Position numbers and translations under genes: made by a program
In this document: one piece after another, positions 12,254 through 24,759 of the stretch
Numbering within the stretch: position 1 is the stretch's first letter
Layout of the letters: the number at the start of each line of letters is the position of its first letter
Assembly (NCBI GenBank): GCA_008632985.1
Contig: QPGO01000045.1
Coordinates: 496,001 to 536,042 of the forward strand
Direction: 5' to 3'
DNA: 40,042 nt
From: Psammoneis japonica
Taxonomy: Eukaryota
The notes under the pieces: generated by a model
The model's database searches: none
Seen by the model: only the letters and a program-made list of their open reading frames with translations
What the model was told of the DNA's origin: nothing

Positions 12254-13295
12254 ATCAGAAGGTTTGCCATCTTTGGGGGTTTTGAGACTGGGCCTTGAGG
12301 AGCAAAGGGAGGCGGCTAAAGAGGTGGCAAGAAGAACGGAAGAATTGGAGACAAGAAGAGGAGCACAGACAATCAATCAAACAATGTGGTGGATTCACAC
12401 CATTTGGATTTTTTTGTTTCCTGGCATTTTTCGTAACGGATGGAATTGCATTGCCGACTTCTTTCTTCTTGTGCTGAGTGGCAAAGTCACGAAGCCTGGC
12501 TTTCCACACAGCCTCAAAACGATCCCTTGTGGCCTTGCTTTTGCCAGAATCGTCAGCGGCAGAAACCACACGATCAATTTTCACACATCTTAAAAGAGTC
12601 TCATCGACATGTGTTGCGCACATTTGTTCTCGCTTGACATCGAGCATCGCCAGTCGCACAGGCTTTTCCCAAGAATTTTTGTGTTGGTGGAACAATGACT
12701 TTACGAATTCAGGGAAGGACACAGGGAACTCGTCTTTGGTCGTCTCACAGTGACCAAGAGCCAGGACATTCTCCAAAAATTTGATGTGGGTTGATGTCTT
12801 GTCACATTTGCCGAACAGGGAGTGAAGCCAACAATCGCGGTCACCATTCCTTTCAGGTGCGCACGGCAGAATCTTGTCACGAAGAATCAAAAAACCAATG
12901 TGAAGGCATTGCACGCAACGCAAAACCTTCCCTTCAAAACTTCTCAGCTCAATGTGCTTGACAAGTGGCTCTCCCTTTGGGTCGCACAATCCGGGATCAT
13001 GGAGAAGCTTGCACAACATGGAAATCTTTGCCATCATGTTGGTTGCAATGTCTGTTGATTTTGCCTTGTCGCCGACGACTTTCATGTCCTCTGCTTTGGG
13101 AGCATGGCAATGCTCCAACGCATGAGGATGTTTGGTGCCTTGACTGGAACAACTCCATCCTTTTGCAGAAAGAAAGTGCAGCAAGCTCTTGTGCCCAAGT
13201 TCCTTTGCAACAATGTGGTTCACAGCCATTGGTTCTACAAAAAAAAATGAGGTCTGCCCTTTGACTTTTGCCACACACAGGCAAGCGCGATCCAA
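12254..13295 (-). pseudogene. 5' segment of the large hypothetical ORF
   Basis: Frame 12173-12376 (..TPKDGKPSDV) joins SQNESL after Gypsy removal. The upstream 346-aa ORF is in a shifted frame. Confidence 0.5.
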
Positions 13296-13710
13296 TTCGG
13301 AGAGGGGTCACAAGTGGAATCGCGGTGGAACTGAACCTTGGATTTCACCGTCTTGATTGTCACTTTGACACGGCTCTGCTCATTGCCATGGATCACTCCA
13401 AAACTGTTGGCAAAGAGAGATTCAAATGCGGCATCCTCGAGGTGGGAATCATTGTTGTCTTGTGACAGAGAGGCGACCGACAGGTCACGTGGCGCCATGG
13501 TTGCTGTTCCAACACCAAAAAATCTGGTTTCTGCAGAAACACACCAGAGTGGTGTGTGGGAGAAGTCACACACGCGCCTGGTGCGATTTGGAGTTTTAAA
13601 CACAAAAACCTGCCAGACGCGCATGTGACTTCTCCCAGGGAAATCCCACGTGAGATCATGCTGGGAAAGGGCAACACGGAGTGCAGAATTGATGGAAGAA
13701 AATGTTGTGC

Positions 13711-13972
13711 AAAACAGCATCAGGAGAAAGGGTGCATGTGCTGGAAAACAACATGGATTTCCACATGCACATCAAGGTGCGTGAAGAACATGTGGGTGCC
13801 TTCAAGTGATGCATGCAAACAATCACAAAGAAACACTCGGAAAAACAGCATCAGGAGAAAGGGTGCATGTGCTGGAAAACAACATGGATTTCCACATGCG
13901 CGTTGAGGTGTGTGAAGAACACGTGGGTGCCTTCAAGTGATGCACGCAAACAATCACAAAGAAACACTTGGA
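13711..13972. repeat. Tandem duplication, 131-bp unit x2
   Basis: AAAACAGCATCAGGAGAAAGGGTGCATG starts at 13711 and at 13842. Confidence 0.9.
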
Positions 13973-15106
13973 AACGGAGACAGCATGGAGAGAAGTCAGA
14001 AACATGGATCCAAAACAAAGTGACACACAACAGAAAAAAACAACAACAACAAGAGACGATGAAGGCAACGGCAACGGGGTCGATGAAAAAGAAGGATTCG
14101 GATGGAAAGACACCGGAGACGGTGAAAACAGGCGGTGCCAAGACAAAGAAGGAAGAGAAAAATGGGGTGGGAAAAATGAAGAAAGAGAAAAAGAAGTCAA
14201 TGACACAACGTCAAGAGGGGAGCAGCGACGCGATTCTGTGTTTCGAGGGACCTCTTCCTCTCAATGATGTTCACCCAAATGCAAGAAATGCAGTGTGGCT
14301 TTTTTGGAACGGTGACGAGGAAACATCCAACGTGGCAGCAGCGCATTTGCAATTCTTGCAAGAGAGCGGACAAGACACATGGAATGAAGGGGACGATGCA
14401 GACGACTGGGCAAATTGGAGCACAGTTGTTGATCAAACAATCAGCGCACACTTTGCATGATGAAAATTTCATTGCACGCAACTGCAATGTTTGGCTTGTC
14501 GTTAAAGACCGTCAGCTGTTGTGAAAAAGGCAGAGCACAAAAATTAAAAAGCATCTGTGTTCAAACATGAAGAATGGCAGGAGATTGACAATTGGCTGTT
14601 TGTGATGTGGCAATGCAATTTTGTCATGTGTGCAGATGTTGCGATGTCGTGCACTCTGATGTTGACATTTAAATGGTTTTTTGTGGGGTGCTCAAGTCCT
14701 CATGGGACATGTGTCACAAACTTTCTCAGTGGAGCCAGCGCTGATTGCACGTCAGTGCATTTGTGCTGAGATCTCTTTGCAGGCAGAAAACCCACCAAGC
14801 AGCATTGCATGAAGATGTGCTTGGGTGACATCCAAATGAAGGCAACAATTTTGCCGAAAATCATCCGCTGTGTTGCAATTTGTTTGCCACAATGAAAAAC
14901 ATGGACAACACAACAACGATGACATTGCAACACTCACACAAGTCTTGTCAGTGTTGCAGAACATTCGAGTTTGAACAAATCTGCACTTTTGGTGGTGAAA
15001 AATCGTTTGCAAGTCAGAGACTGTGCAAAAATTGCACAAATGTTGTTTTTGTGCATGACTTGGGTCATGCGCAGCTGGAACACATCAACACAATGGCAAA
15101 TGTCAA

Positions 15107-17400
15107 GTGAGATTCACTGACGATGGCAGGATCTGTTGTTGTGTTGTCACATTTGACTCACTCTCACCCACCATTGTTGCTCAGAGCACGGGCCGCATGA
15201 AGATGAAAGAGTTTCATGATTCCAGAGGGAGTCAAAAGCCGCTTGCAACTTGCCATGCAGCAGCCCAACAGCACCTGCAAGATCACCCAGAAGAACTCGA
15301 CAAGGCATCAAAACGTTCACGGACAAGAGCGCAAAAATGCAAAGACAGCAATGCTTTGGATTTGAGCGAAGATCACATTGGGAAGAAGCGCACTTGGCAA
15401 AAGGAATCAGTGACAGATGCAGAGAATCTCAGATGCAGCTTGCACGCCAAAAAAGCACAAACAGCATTGGAGCTCTCAACCAAGCACCGCGATGCTTCAT
15501 CACGGAGCTCATCAATGCGGGAGCATTTGTCCTTGGCCAGCTCAGAAGCTCGTCTCTCAGACACATCACACTCACATGCTGGAGACCAATTGACCACTCA
15601 CAATCCAGGTCACTTCATGACTGGCCTTCCTGCACCTTCAAAAGGGGAGCCATGCGCCAAAGAAAGTGTGCGGCGTTTGCACAATCCACCGGTGCCTTCC
15701 AGCCAGAGCGAATTTGGCAAGTTGCAGCTGCAATCACTTGCACCACCTCCAAGCCTGCCACAGTTTTCACACACTGGCCTTTGTGAATGGACGTGGGATG
15801 AAGAATCTCAAGTTCTCTTTGGCAATTTCAGAAAGAACAGAAGCGGCAAGGTGGAAGTCAGCAAGGAGGATGAAGAGTTCCTGTTGTGCATGATGGAACA
15901 CAGCAACATTTCAGTTGTTGGCAAAGGACTGGCTGATGATTTCGATGGTGCGATCTGGACACCGCAGTGTGTCACAGACACAGCAGGCCACACATTTTAC
16001 CACAAGTTTTGCAGATTCAAGCAAACAAAGGGCTGCGCTTCCCTGCAGTGCGATGAAGTGGACGAGTGGGTTTCCATGAAAATTGAAGATTTCTTTCATC
16101 ATTTGGATGCACGTCAGACAGCCCTGAGCAACCAACATGTCAACATGATTTCTTCCAGCACACGCTCTCCGTTTGTTGACGACGAAGGCAAGGAGATTGT
16201 TGTTGACATGATTGGCGCCGTTTTGCACATGATTGATCTCGACATTGTCAAGCTGCTGCCATCCATTTGCAAAAATTTTGTTGACAACTTCAAGCTGCCT
16301 GGTGTTTTGCCCGGTGGAAAGCATTGCTTGATGAACGCAGCAAGTCCATCAGTCTCAGAAGTTGCTTCCTGGTGCCCCATTGACTTCTTGCGTGTTGTGC
16401 ATTTGTGTTGTGCCCAGGTCAACCAAAATGGTCGCCCCTTCATGGGACCGAACCCACATGTCATCCCTCCAGCTTCCTTTGCCCATTTCCACCAGATGGT
16501 CATGGTGCTGTTGACAGTGGGCACCAATGCCTCACAGGCTACAACGAAGTCTCAATGTTGCGACGACTGCCAGAAAGCCACAAAAAGTGCACTCTGCACC
16601 TTCTGAATGGCTTGGGAAAGAACGGCACAAGCCAGTTTGATGCTTTGCATGGTTTTCCTCACGGGGATGGAGTGGAGCATCTTGATGTGTGCATTGTGTT
16701 GCCAAGTCCATTTTAAATGGGCTGTCATCACAGAGACCCAAACCAGTTTGGCCAGAAGGCAATTCCATGGACAAGTGCAAAGAAATGGGGCAAGCAGCTG
16801 CCAACATTCTCAGCATGCCATTCTCCTGCACTTTGCATCTCTTGCATTTTGTTCTCATTGCTGTGGCAAAGGCATTGTCCTTCGGTTTTCATTCTGAAAC
16901 CAGGTCAGCTTGTCCATGTCAACAAGGGCAAGCTGTGCACTTTTGGGAAGATGGCGCCGGCCCAGCTCCCTGAGAACAACTGCCACGTGACACTCTCCGT
17001 GGTGAGTTTCTTTGTGATCCAGGTGGTGCACACAAGGAAAAAATCTGCGTCTCTGTTGCCTGGGATTTTGGATGCACCGAGGTGTTTCAAGCAAAGGCAC
17101 CAACTGGGAAGTTGTGTCAATGCTCGAATGTGCAGCTTTTGACCACAACAATCAGTCCAAAGAAACCTTGCTGTTCCAGAGCATTCCATCACACAGATGG
17201 CACGGAATGCCATCGCAGAGCCAGACAGGTCAGGGCCAGTGCCAAAGAGCTCTTGGATGCAGCTCCATGGAAACCCAGATTTTTCAGAAACACATGGGTT
17301 CCCTTCCAGCAAGACTGTGATGAAAAGAACCCTTCCTTTGCTTCGACACACGGTGGAGAAGCACGCCGAAGCCAAGAGCAGTGCAGAGAAGAGTTGCTGT
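15107..17400 (+). pseudogene. JmjC/cupin-like 2OG-Fe(II) dioxygenase pseudogene with introns
   Basis: GRPFMGPN..PPASFAHFHQ/DGHGAVDSGH (HxD split by a frameshift), NEVSMLRRL, and FILKPGQLVHVNKG (cupin strand before the distal His position). Putative introns lie at 16340-16417 and 16790-16871. Confidence 0.6.
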
Positions 17401-17885
17401 GAAGGCCAGCGCGGAACTCACCCTGCTGCGTCTGGCACTCATTCAACCTCTTGAACGCTGGCCACTCCTGACACATCATTTTTTGTTTCGTCACAAGCCA
17501 CAGGTGGTGCAGGTGCATTTTTTGCTCCTGCTCGGGTGAATCCTGCAGCATCCCATCCATCATCTTTGGGCCACAGCTCTGTTCAAAATCCCTGTGGAGC
17601 ACGCCTGTTTTCTCCATTTCCTTGCCATCGAACATGAATGTGACACTAAGGAACATCACCTTTGCCATGTCCTGCATCACCTTGGTGTGATCCGCCATCC
17701 AATTGGCTGAGCTTGTGTCCCACTCCACAACAATCATCATCCTCTGCTGCTGCCTCAGTTCTTTTCTGGTGTGTGCCAAATGAAGTGCACTGAAGTGATG
17801 CTCAGTTGAGCCATGTCCCGCTCCACAATGACCATTGTTCTCCACTGCTGTCTCAGTTTTTTTCTGGTGTGTGCTGAAGTGCGGC

Positions 17886-19320
17886 ACATCTGCGAACCAA
17901 TTTCAAAGGCGGGGCCACTTCACTCACCTTCTTAAACTCTCATGCATCACTGGGCGGGGATGGCCTTCATCTTTTGCCTGCTGTTGCTGACAAAGGAGGG
18001 TTGTGAGGTGTGTGCCTCCTGCTTCAGCAAGGAAGATGCAGAGGAATCGTCACTTCCCTTGGGTGCCACATCNNNNNNNNNNNNNNNNNNNNNNNNNNNN
18101 NNNNNNNNNNNNNNNNNNNNNNNNNNNNNNNNNNNNNNNNNNNNNNNNNNNNNNNNNNNNNNNNNNNNNNNNNNNNNNNNNNNNNNNNNNNNNNNNNNNN
18201 NNNNNNNNNNNNNNNNNNNNNNNNNNNNNNNNNNNNNNNNNNNNNNNNNNNNNNNNNNNNNNNNNNNNNNNNNNNNNNNNNNNNNNNNNNNNNNNNNNNN
18301 NNNNNNNNNNNNNNNNNNNNNNNNNNNNNNNNNNNNNNNNNNNNNNNNNNNNNNNNNNNNNNNNNNNNNNNNNNNNNNNNNNNNNNNNNNNNNNNNNNNN
18401 NNNNNNNNNNNNNNNNNNNNNNNNNNNNNNNNNNNNNNNNNNNNNNNNNNNNNNNNNNNNNNNNNNNNNNNNNNNNNNNNNNNNNNNNNNNNNNNNNNNN
18501 NNNNNNNNNNNNNNNNNNNNNNNNNNNNNNNNNNNNNNNNNNNNNNNNNNNNNNNNNNNNNNNNNNNNNNNNNNNNNNNNNNNNNNNNNNNNNNNNNNNN
18601 NNNNNNNNNNNNNNNNNNNNNNNNNNNNNNNNNNNNNNNNNNNNNNNNNNNNNNNNNNNNNNNNNNNNNNNNNNNNNNNNNNNNNNNNNNNNNNNNNNNN
18701 NNNNNNNNNNNNNNNNNNNNNNNNNNNNNNNNNNNNNNNNNNNNNNNNNNNNNNNNNNNNNNNNNNNNNNNNNNNNNNNNNNNNNNNNNNNNNNNNNNNN
18801 NNNNNNNNNNNNNNNNNNNNNNNNNNNNNNNNNNNNNNNNNNNNNNNNNNNNNNNNNNNNNNNNNNNNNNNNNNNNNNNNNNNNNNNNNNNNNNNNNNNN
18901 NNNNNNNNNNNNNNNNNNNNNNNNNNNNNNNNNNNNNNNNNNNNNNNNNNNNNNNNNNNTTGTTCTTCCCTTCACGGCTTCATTCTTTCTTTCGAAGAGA
19001 GACCAATGGTGAGTCATTTGCAATTGTTCATCCTTGCACTTGCCAGGTGGACAAGCACACCATGGTGGAGCACTTGCAACACACCGACCTTGTCAGTCAA
19101 TGGCAATTGGGTCAAGCAAAAAAGCAAGATTTGTTCACACGTGAAAAAGCCGTGCATGCTCCAAAACTGCATTTGGTTCCCATTGAGGCCATCGGCAACA
19201 AATTGCAGGTTTGCAAGAAACAACCGGGAATTTCCGAGTCACACAAGAAGACAAAGCACGTTTTGGTGGTTCAAGACAGGAGAAAAACATGGGCAGACAA
19301 GTTTCACAAAAAGCGGTTGA
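17886..19320 (+). pseudogene. Second Plavaka-like transposase copy, 3' half, spanning a gap
   Basis: LRTNFKGGATSL.FLNS and HHWAGMAFIFCLLLLTKEG match 1931-2060. After the gap, FPSRL..FF..AIVHP..QHTDLVSQWQL..PKLHLVPIEAIG..QDRRK.W match 3050-3390. Confidence 0.75.
18073..18959. other. Assembly gap
   Basis: Run of N. Confidence 1.
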
Positions 19321-20364
19321 TGGGCAGTTTCAACACTGGCAACTGCAAACAGCAGCTTGCAATTCGAAAGCATGTTGGAGCCTGCCATTTCTGGAACATG
19401 AGCAATTTCAACAACAGACAACACAACCAGGACAACCACCACTCACCCTGTTCAAGCAGTTGACAACGCACTTAGAATTGAACAAGTCAACATCGTTTGT
19501 TGATGGATGGCTCCAGAAACCACTTGGGCCACACTCGCACACTCACCTTGGGTTGTTTGATTTCTCATCTGGTGTCAACTGCATCTCCACTCGCCTCAAA
19601 ATCAAACTCCCCTTGGTTTGTGTTGGACTCAGTGCTTGTTCTGATTCCTCACAGAACCTGTCAGTTGTTGGACTGACATTGTTGTTCGCAGTGCTGTGCA
19701 GACTGTGCATGGAAGCTCGAGTCATTGTGACCGCGATGATTTTGGCAGTTGTGCAGAAGCCACGTGGGAACTTGGCACACAGGTGGGAACCAATGTTTGA
19801 ATTTTGTCTCATTCCAACCATCGGATTTTGACAAATTTGGCCGATTCCCAACGCAGAGCCACACAGGCATGTGCCAGTGTTCCTGGAACTGGTCGTCGCG
19901 TTCCCGGAGTCAGCGATGCACATGACGCGACACTGGAGGGTCGCTTCTGTCTCGCAGAAATCCACGTGCTGTCCAGCATTGAAGCTCGAAAAGTGCTTTC
20001 GACCCAATGGTGGTTCCTGCACATGCTGGCTGTGACAATGTTGTGCAGGTTGCTGGTGCATGACGTCGCAGAGTTCAATCGTGTTTGACTTGCAAAAACC
20101 AACGCTGAATCAGAAAAGCCTGTGCAAATGGACAAAACACATGAACAGAGCTGCCCAACAAAAACAAATGCACACCTGCATGTGTTGACAACACAGACAA
20201 AAAAGCAAACCCACGCAATGAACCACAATCAAAGAGGCCATCACCATCGACAATGGCATTTCCAGCAGTCCTGCAACAAGAGTGCATCACCAGGATCAGA
20301 CAACAGAGAGCCACATCAATGAATTTTGTTGGCATCTGCTGCGTCAGTCCTCCAACTGATGGGT

Positions 20365-20760
20365 GACACACCCCAGCTCTGGGTGGGACCTTGCACTGCT
20401 GCACTGTGACATCAATGGTTTTTTGGATTGCGTCGCATGTCATGCGCGCACATTTCTGCGTGTTGCATTCTACGAAATTGTCTCATGCTCCCTGTTTTGC
20501 AAAGCCAAAGGCTTTCTATTTTCAACATTTGTGAGAATGAAAACATGCTGGGTGTGTTCTTTGATGTCTGCAGAATGCACCCGGGCAAACCATTGATGAT
20601 GTGCTCCAAGTCTGACGGAGGAGATGCGTTCGTAAAATTGCCTCTTTTTCTGTTGGCTGTCATTTGCATTTGCACTGCAGCACAAATTTGCTGTCGAGCT
20701 TGCACGCAGAATTCTGTGGCCCAATGTCACACGGAGTCCCACCTGGGGCTGGAACCCGTT
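20365..20760 (-). mobile_element. MITE family A, copy 2 (396 bp, TSD GGGT)
   Basis: Reverse-complement homolog of copy 1. GGGT lies at 20361-20364 and 20761-20764. Confidence 0.9.
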
Positions 20761-21263
20761 GGGTTCTGCATGGAAACCGGTTGGTCATGTGGATGCATCC
20801 TCACCATTGGGTGTGCCTTGGCCTTCACCTCGGCACGCCCTCAGGTTCGGCCACTCCAGCCTCTGTGGAATTTGCACAGGGGAACCGGTGCTCAGCCTGC
20901 CGGCTTTGTGACTGACTCCGATGACCTCAGCTGACGCTTTGGTCATTCCCGCACAAATTCTGCATTGGCCGGCCAGCGACTGAACAGTTTCCACGCATGG
21001 TGCCTTCATCAAGATGTTGTCACAGTGATCGTCATGCACGGCTTGAGACAAAATGGCCTTGGCAACAAAGTGGCGATTGAGGCTGTTAAAGACACCAGAG
21101 TCATCTGCTGCAGCAACAGCAGTGGCAGCAGTGGGTGGAGCTTGTGTCATGGATTGCATCATTTGAGTCCAGAGGTTTCGAACATGAGCACAAACACTGC
21201 TCGGCGGTGGCACAATTGTCTGAGTGACGATCGATGTTGTCTCTGGATCATCTTCTTTTTCCC

Positions 21264-21488
21264 GACGTGTTCCAGTCCCAGGCGGGGCTCCGTGTGACAT
21301 TGGGCCTGCAGAATTCTGCGTGTGAGCTCCGCAGCAAATTTGCGCTGCAATGAAAATGTGTGTGATCGCCAACAGAAAAAGAGGCAATTTTGCAAACGCA
21401 TCTCCTCCTTCATGCTTGCAGCGCATCATTGACAGTTTGCCCGGGCACATTCTTAGACATCAATGCCAAGTGGCCATGTTGAAGGACA
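21264..21488 (+). mobile_element. MITE family A, copy 3 (partial, runs toward the gap)
   Basis: GACGTGTTCCAGTCCCAGGCGGGGCTCCGTGTGACATTGGGCC matches the left end of the family. Confidence 0.85.
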
Positions 21489-22240
21489 NNNNNNNNNNNN
21501 NNNNNNNNNNNNNNNNNNNNNNNNNNNNNNNNNNNNNNNNNNNNNNNNNNNNNNNNNNNNNNNNNNNNNNNNNNNNNNNNNNNNNNNNNNNNNNNNNNNN
21601 NNNNNNNNNNNNNNNNNNNNNNNNNNNNNNNNNNNNNNNNNNNNNNNNNNNNNNNNNNNNNNNNNNNNNNNNNNNNNNNNNNNNNNNNNNNNNNNNNNNN
21701 NNNNNNNNNNNNNNNNNNNNNNNNNNNNNNNNNNNNNNNNNNNNNNNNNNNNNNNNNNNNNNNNNNNNNNNNNNNNNNNNNNNNNNNNNNNNNNNNNNNN
21801 NNNNNNNNNNNNNNNNNNNNNNNNNNNNNNNNNNNNNNNNNNNNNNNNNNNNNNNNNNNNNNNNNNNNNNNNNNNNNNNNNNNNNNNNNNNNNNNNNNNN
21901 NNNNNNNNNNNNNNNNNNNNNNNNNNNNNNNNNNNNNNNNNNNNNNNNNNNNNNNNNNNNNNNNNNNNNNNNNNNNNNNNNNNNNNNNNNNNNNNNNNNN
22001 NNNNNNNNNNNNNNNNNNNNNNNNNNNNNNNNNNNNNNNNNNNNNNNNNNNNNNNNNNNNNNNNNNNNNNNNNNNNNNNNNNNNNNNNNNNNNNNNNNNN
22101 NNNNNNNNNNNNNNNNNNNNNNNNNNNNNNNNNNNNNNNNNNNNNNNNNNNNNNNNNNNNNNNNNNNNNNNNNNNNNNNNNNNNNNNNNNNNNNNNNNNN
22201 NNNNNNNNNNNNNNNNNNNNNNNNNNNNNNNNNNNNNNNN
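21489..22240. other. Assembly gap
   Basis: Run of N. Confidence 1.
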
Positions 22241-22647
22241 CTTTTGACGGGGTTTTCATCTTGGCTGAAACTTTGGCAGCAGCCACAGCACTTGAAGGGT
22301 TGTCATCATCTGATGCATCAATCTCCGATTCAGAGGATGATTTGGAGGATGAGGAGACCAAATCCTTTCTTGCCCATCTTTTCCTTGCAGCGGAACGCGG
22401 CACTTGGTTGATTCGATTCAGGAGGGAGCAACTGCTGTCGCTGTCACTCCCGCTCACAAGGGGTTCGTCGTTCGAATCTGCACCACTCCAAGCCACATCC
22501 ATGTTTTGTTCATCCTCTTCCACCTGTTGCTCAGGGTTTGCAGCAGACGGTTCCTCTTCATCTGCTTTGTCATTTCCTTGCCCCCCCTGTTGATGGTCGT
22601 TCTCCTCTGACATTCCGTCTCTGTCAGAAGTCGCTTTGTCATCTGGC
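22241..22647. repeat. Dispersed duplicate of 32744-33149 (acidic low-complexity ORF remnant on the minus strand)
   Basis: Colinear, highly similar sequence from CTTTTGACGGG to GTCATCTGGC. Confidence 0.9.
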
Positions 22648-24280
22648 TTAGGGTTCGGGCAATGGGCAGTGGGCAAAGGCTAAAAAGAAAGGCCAAAGGG
22701 AAAGCGAAGCTGAGAAGGGAAAAGGAAACGGAAAAGGGGACAAGGAAGTGGGAAAGAGGACCACAAATGACATCAAATGCAAATTAATTTGGCCAATTTT
22801 GCAGAAGAAAATGCAGACAAATGAACTGCAGAAAAGAAATGCAATGTGAGAGATTCAAGTGGAGGTTCGAGAGAGCAAGGAAGGAGCTCAAAAAGGAGCT
22901 GACATTTCTGAAACAACTGAAGTGTCATCTTTGGTTCCAAGGGCATTGTTTGCAAGCTGGAGCTGGTCGGTGTTTCCAAACATTTGCATGGCCAGACGGG
23001 AAAGAACCAGACCTTCATGGCGCTCTTGATTGAGTGTCTGAACTGTTGCATCATCTGGGCAAATGAAAAGTCTGAAGTGATGGAAGTGATTGAGGAATGT
23101 TTGTCCAAGCTCAGCTGTGGGAATGGAGGCAGCTTCTTCTGGAGAAAGCCCGATCTTGAGGCCAGTGTGGAAGAGATCTTCAAGGTGGGCTGAATCTTCA
23201 GATCCAACAGAGAAGCTGTCCAGAGCATCTAATTCACTGATGTTGCCACAAACTGACCAGAGACAAAGTTGTGCAAAGATGAGGCAGGGAAGAAGTGCCT
23301 TGCTGGTCCATGCAGACAGTTTGTTTCAGTGTTTCCAATGAGGGAAAACCTGACAACAGAGTGGGGAATGGAGTCAACCACTCCTTGTTTGCAGGCTTCA
23401 AGGTGGAGCTTGAAAGGAAAGTCATGTTTCAAAGGGCACTTGGACTCTGACTGCCAAAACAGGTGGAGAAAAGTGAAGAGCTTGGCTTGAGAAGGAGAGT
23501 CTGGACAAAGCTTCTTCTGCTTCTTCCATTGCTTGCAGAAGCAAGAGGAACAATTTTTCCTCATCCTCTTGTCCCATCCAGTGGCATGAACACAATCCAT
23601 CCATGACATGGAAGACAAGGCCTTGTCACAGCAGGCAGCGTGCATGTTTGCTGATGCTGTTTTTTTTTTTGCATCAAGTGGTGTGACATTTTGTGAAGTC
23701 GAGCATTTTGGAAGTCGTGGGACAGCTCGCACGGTTCATGAGGCATGAGATGTGCCAGTGGAAATGCACAGGAAAGTGTGGCAGTTGCATCCGTTGAATG
23801 TGATGATGCGCCATGTCAGCGCTGTGTTGCCAAGCAATTGCCATGGGAAACAGATGTTGTGCGAATGTGGGAATGTGCTGACATGAATGCAACACAGTGA
23901 CATGTTTTGCACACAAAAAATGTGTGTGAAAAAATGTGTGACGATTGAAGGAACCGAGCGTGTGTTGCATTTAACGATGCACATAAAACAAACGCAGTTT
24001 TAACCTCAGAATTGTCGGAATTGAACTGGAAATTCAGCGGCAATTGAAAGGAAATTGAGTGCAAAATGATTGGCTCTGAGACAAAACAATGAGTGGCATT
24101 GAGATGAGTGTAACAGCACTGTTCTGTTGCAGCTCAAATGGAAGAGATTGTAGAAGATGGCAGCAGACAAGATTTGCTGCATGAAACAGCAGCAATGGCA
24201 CTGTTGTCATGGCGGCAAAAGCTGTGTGTGGTGCGTGGCTGATGAGAGGAAAAAGATTCGACACACTGTCTGTTGAAGAT

Positions 24281-24682
24281 GAAAAGAGGTGGTGCAGTGA
24301 CTCAGTTAAGGAGTTTGGAGGCTGAGTGGAGTGGGGGTGGGTGTTTGACAAGTGGGTTTTGGAAAACAGAGGAGAGGCATGGTTGTTGTTGTTTGTGCAG
24401 GGGGCAAGTTAAGACGTTTGAAGAAGGCGCTTGCAGTGCATTTGATGTTGATTGATGTGGGGCATGGTTGGATGCAGGCTGTTGAAAAGAGGTGGTGCAG
24501 TGACACAGTTGAGGAGTTTGGAGGCTGAGTGGAGTGGTGCTGGGTGTTTGACAAATGGGTTTTGGAAAACAGAGGAAAGGCATGGTTGTTGTTGTTTGTG
24601 CAGGGGGCAAGTTAAGATGTCTGAAGAAGGCGCTCACAGCGCATTTGATGTTGATTGATGTGGGTGTGGTTGGATGCAGGCT
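24281..24682. repeat. Tandem duplication, ~203-bp unit x2
   Basis: AAAAGAGGTGGTGCAGTGAC recurs near 24281 and 24484. Confidence 0.88.
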
Positions 24683-24759
24683 GAAGGTGGGCAGGTGATG
24701 TTGAGGACAAGAGAGAGGTGAGGAAGTGGTGTGGACCATTGGGCTGAGGAATGACTTGA

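Noticed and set aside
13813..14460. Lys-rich 215-aa ORF as a gene
   Set aside because: It begins inside a tandem duplication, is low complexity and has no recognisable domain. It could be a decayed gene fragment, but I cannot support a call.
17942..22676. Long ORFs of 350-490 aa spanning N runs
   Set aside because: They are artefacts of translating assembly gaps.
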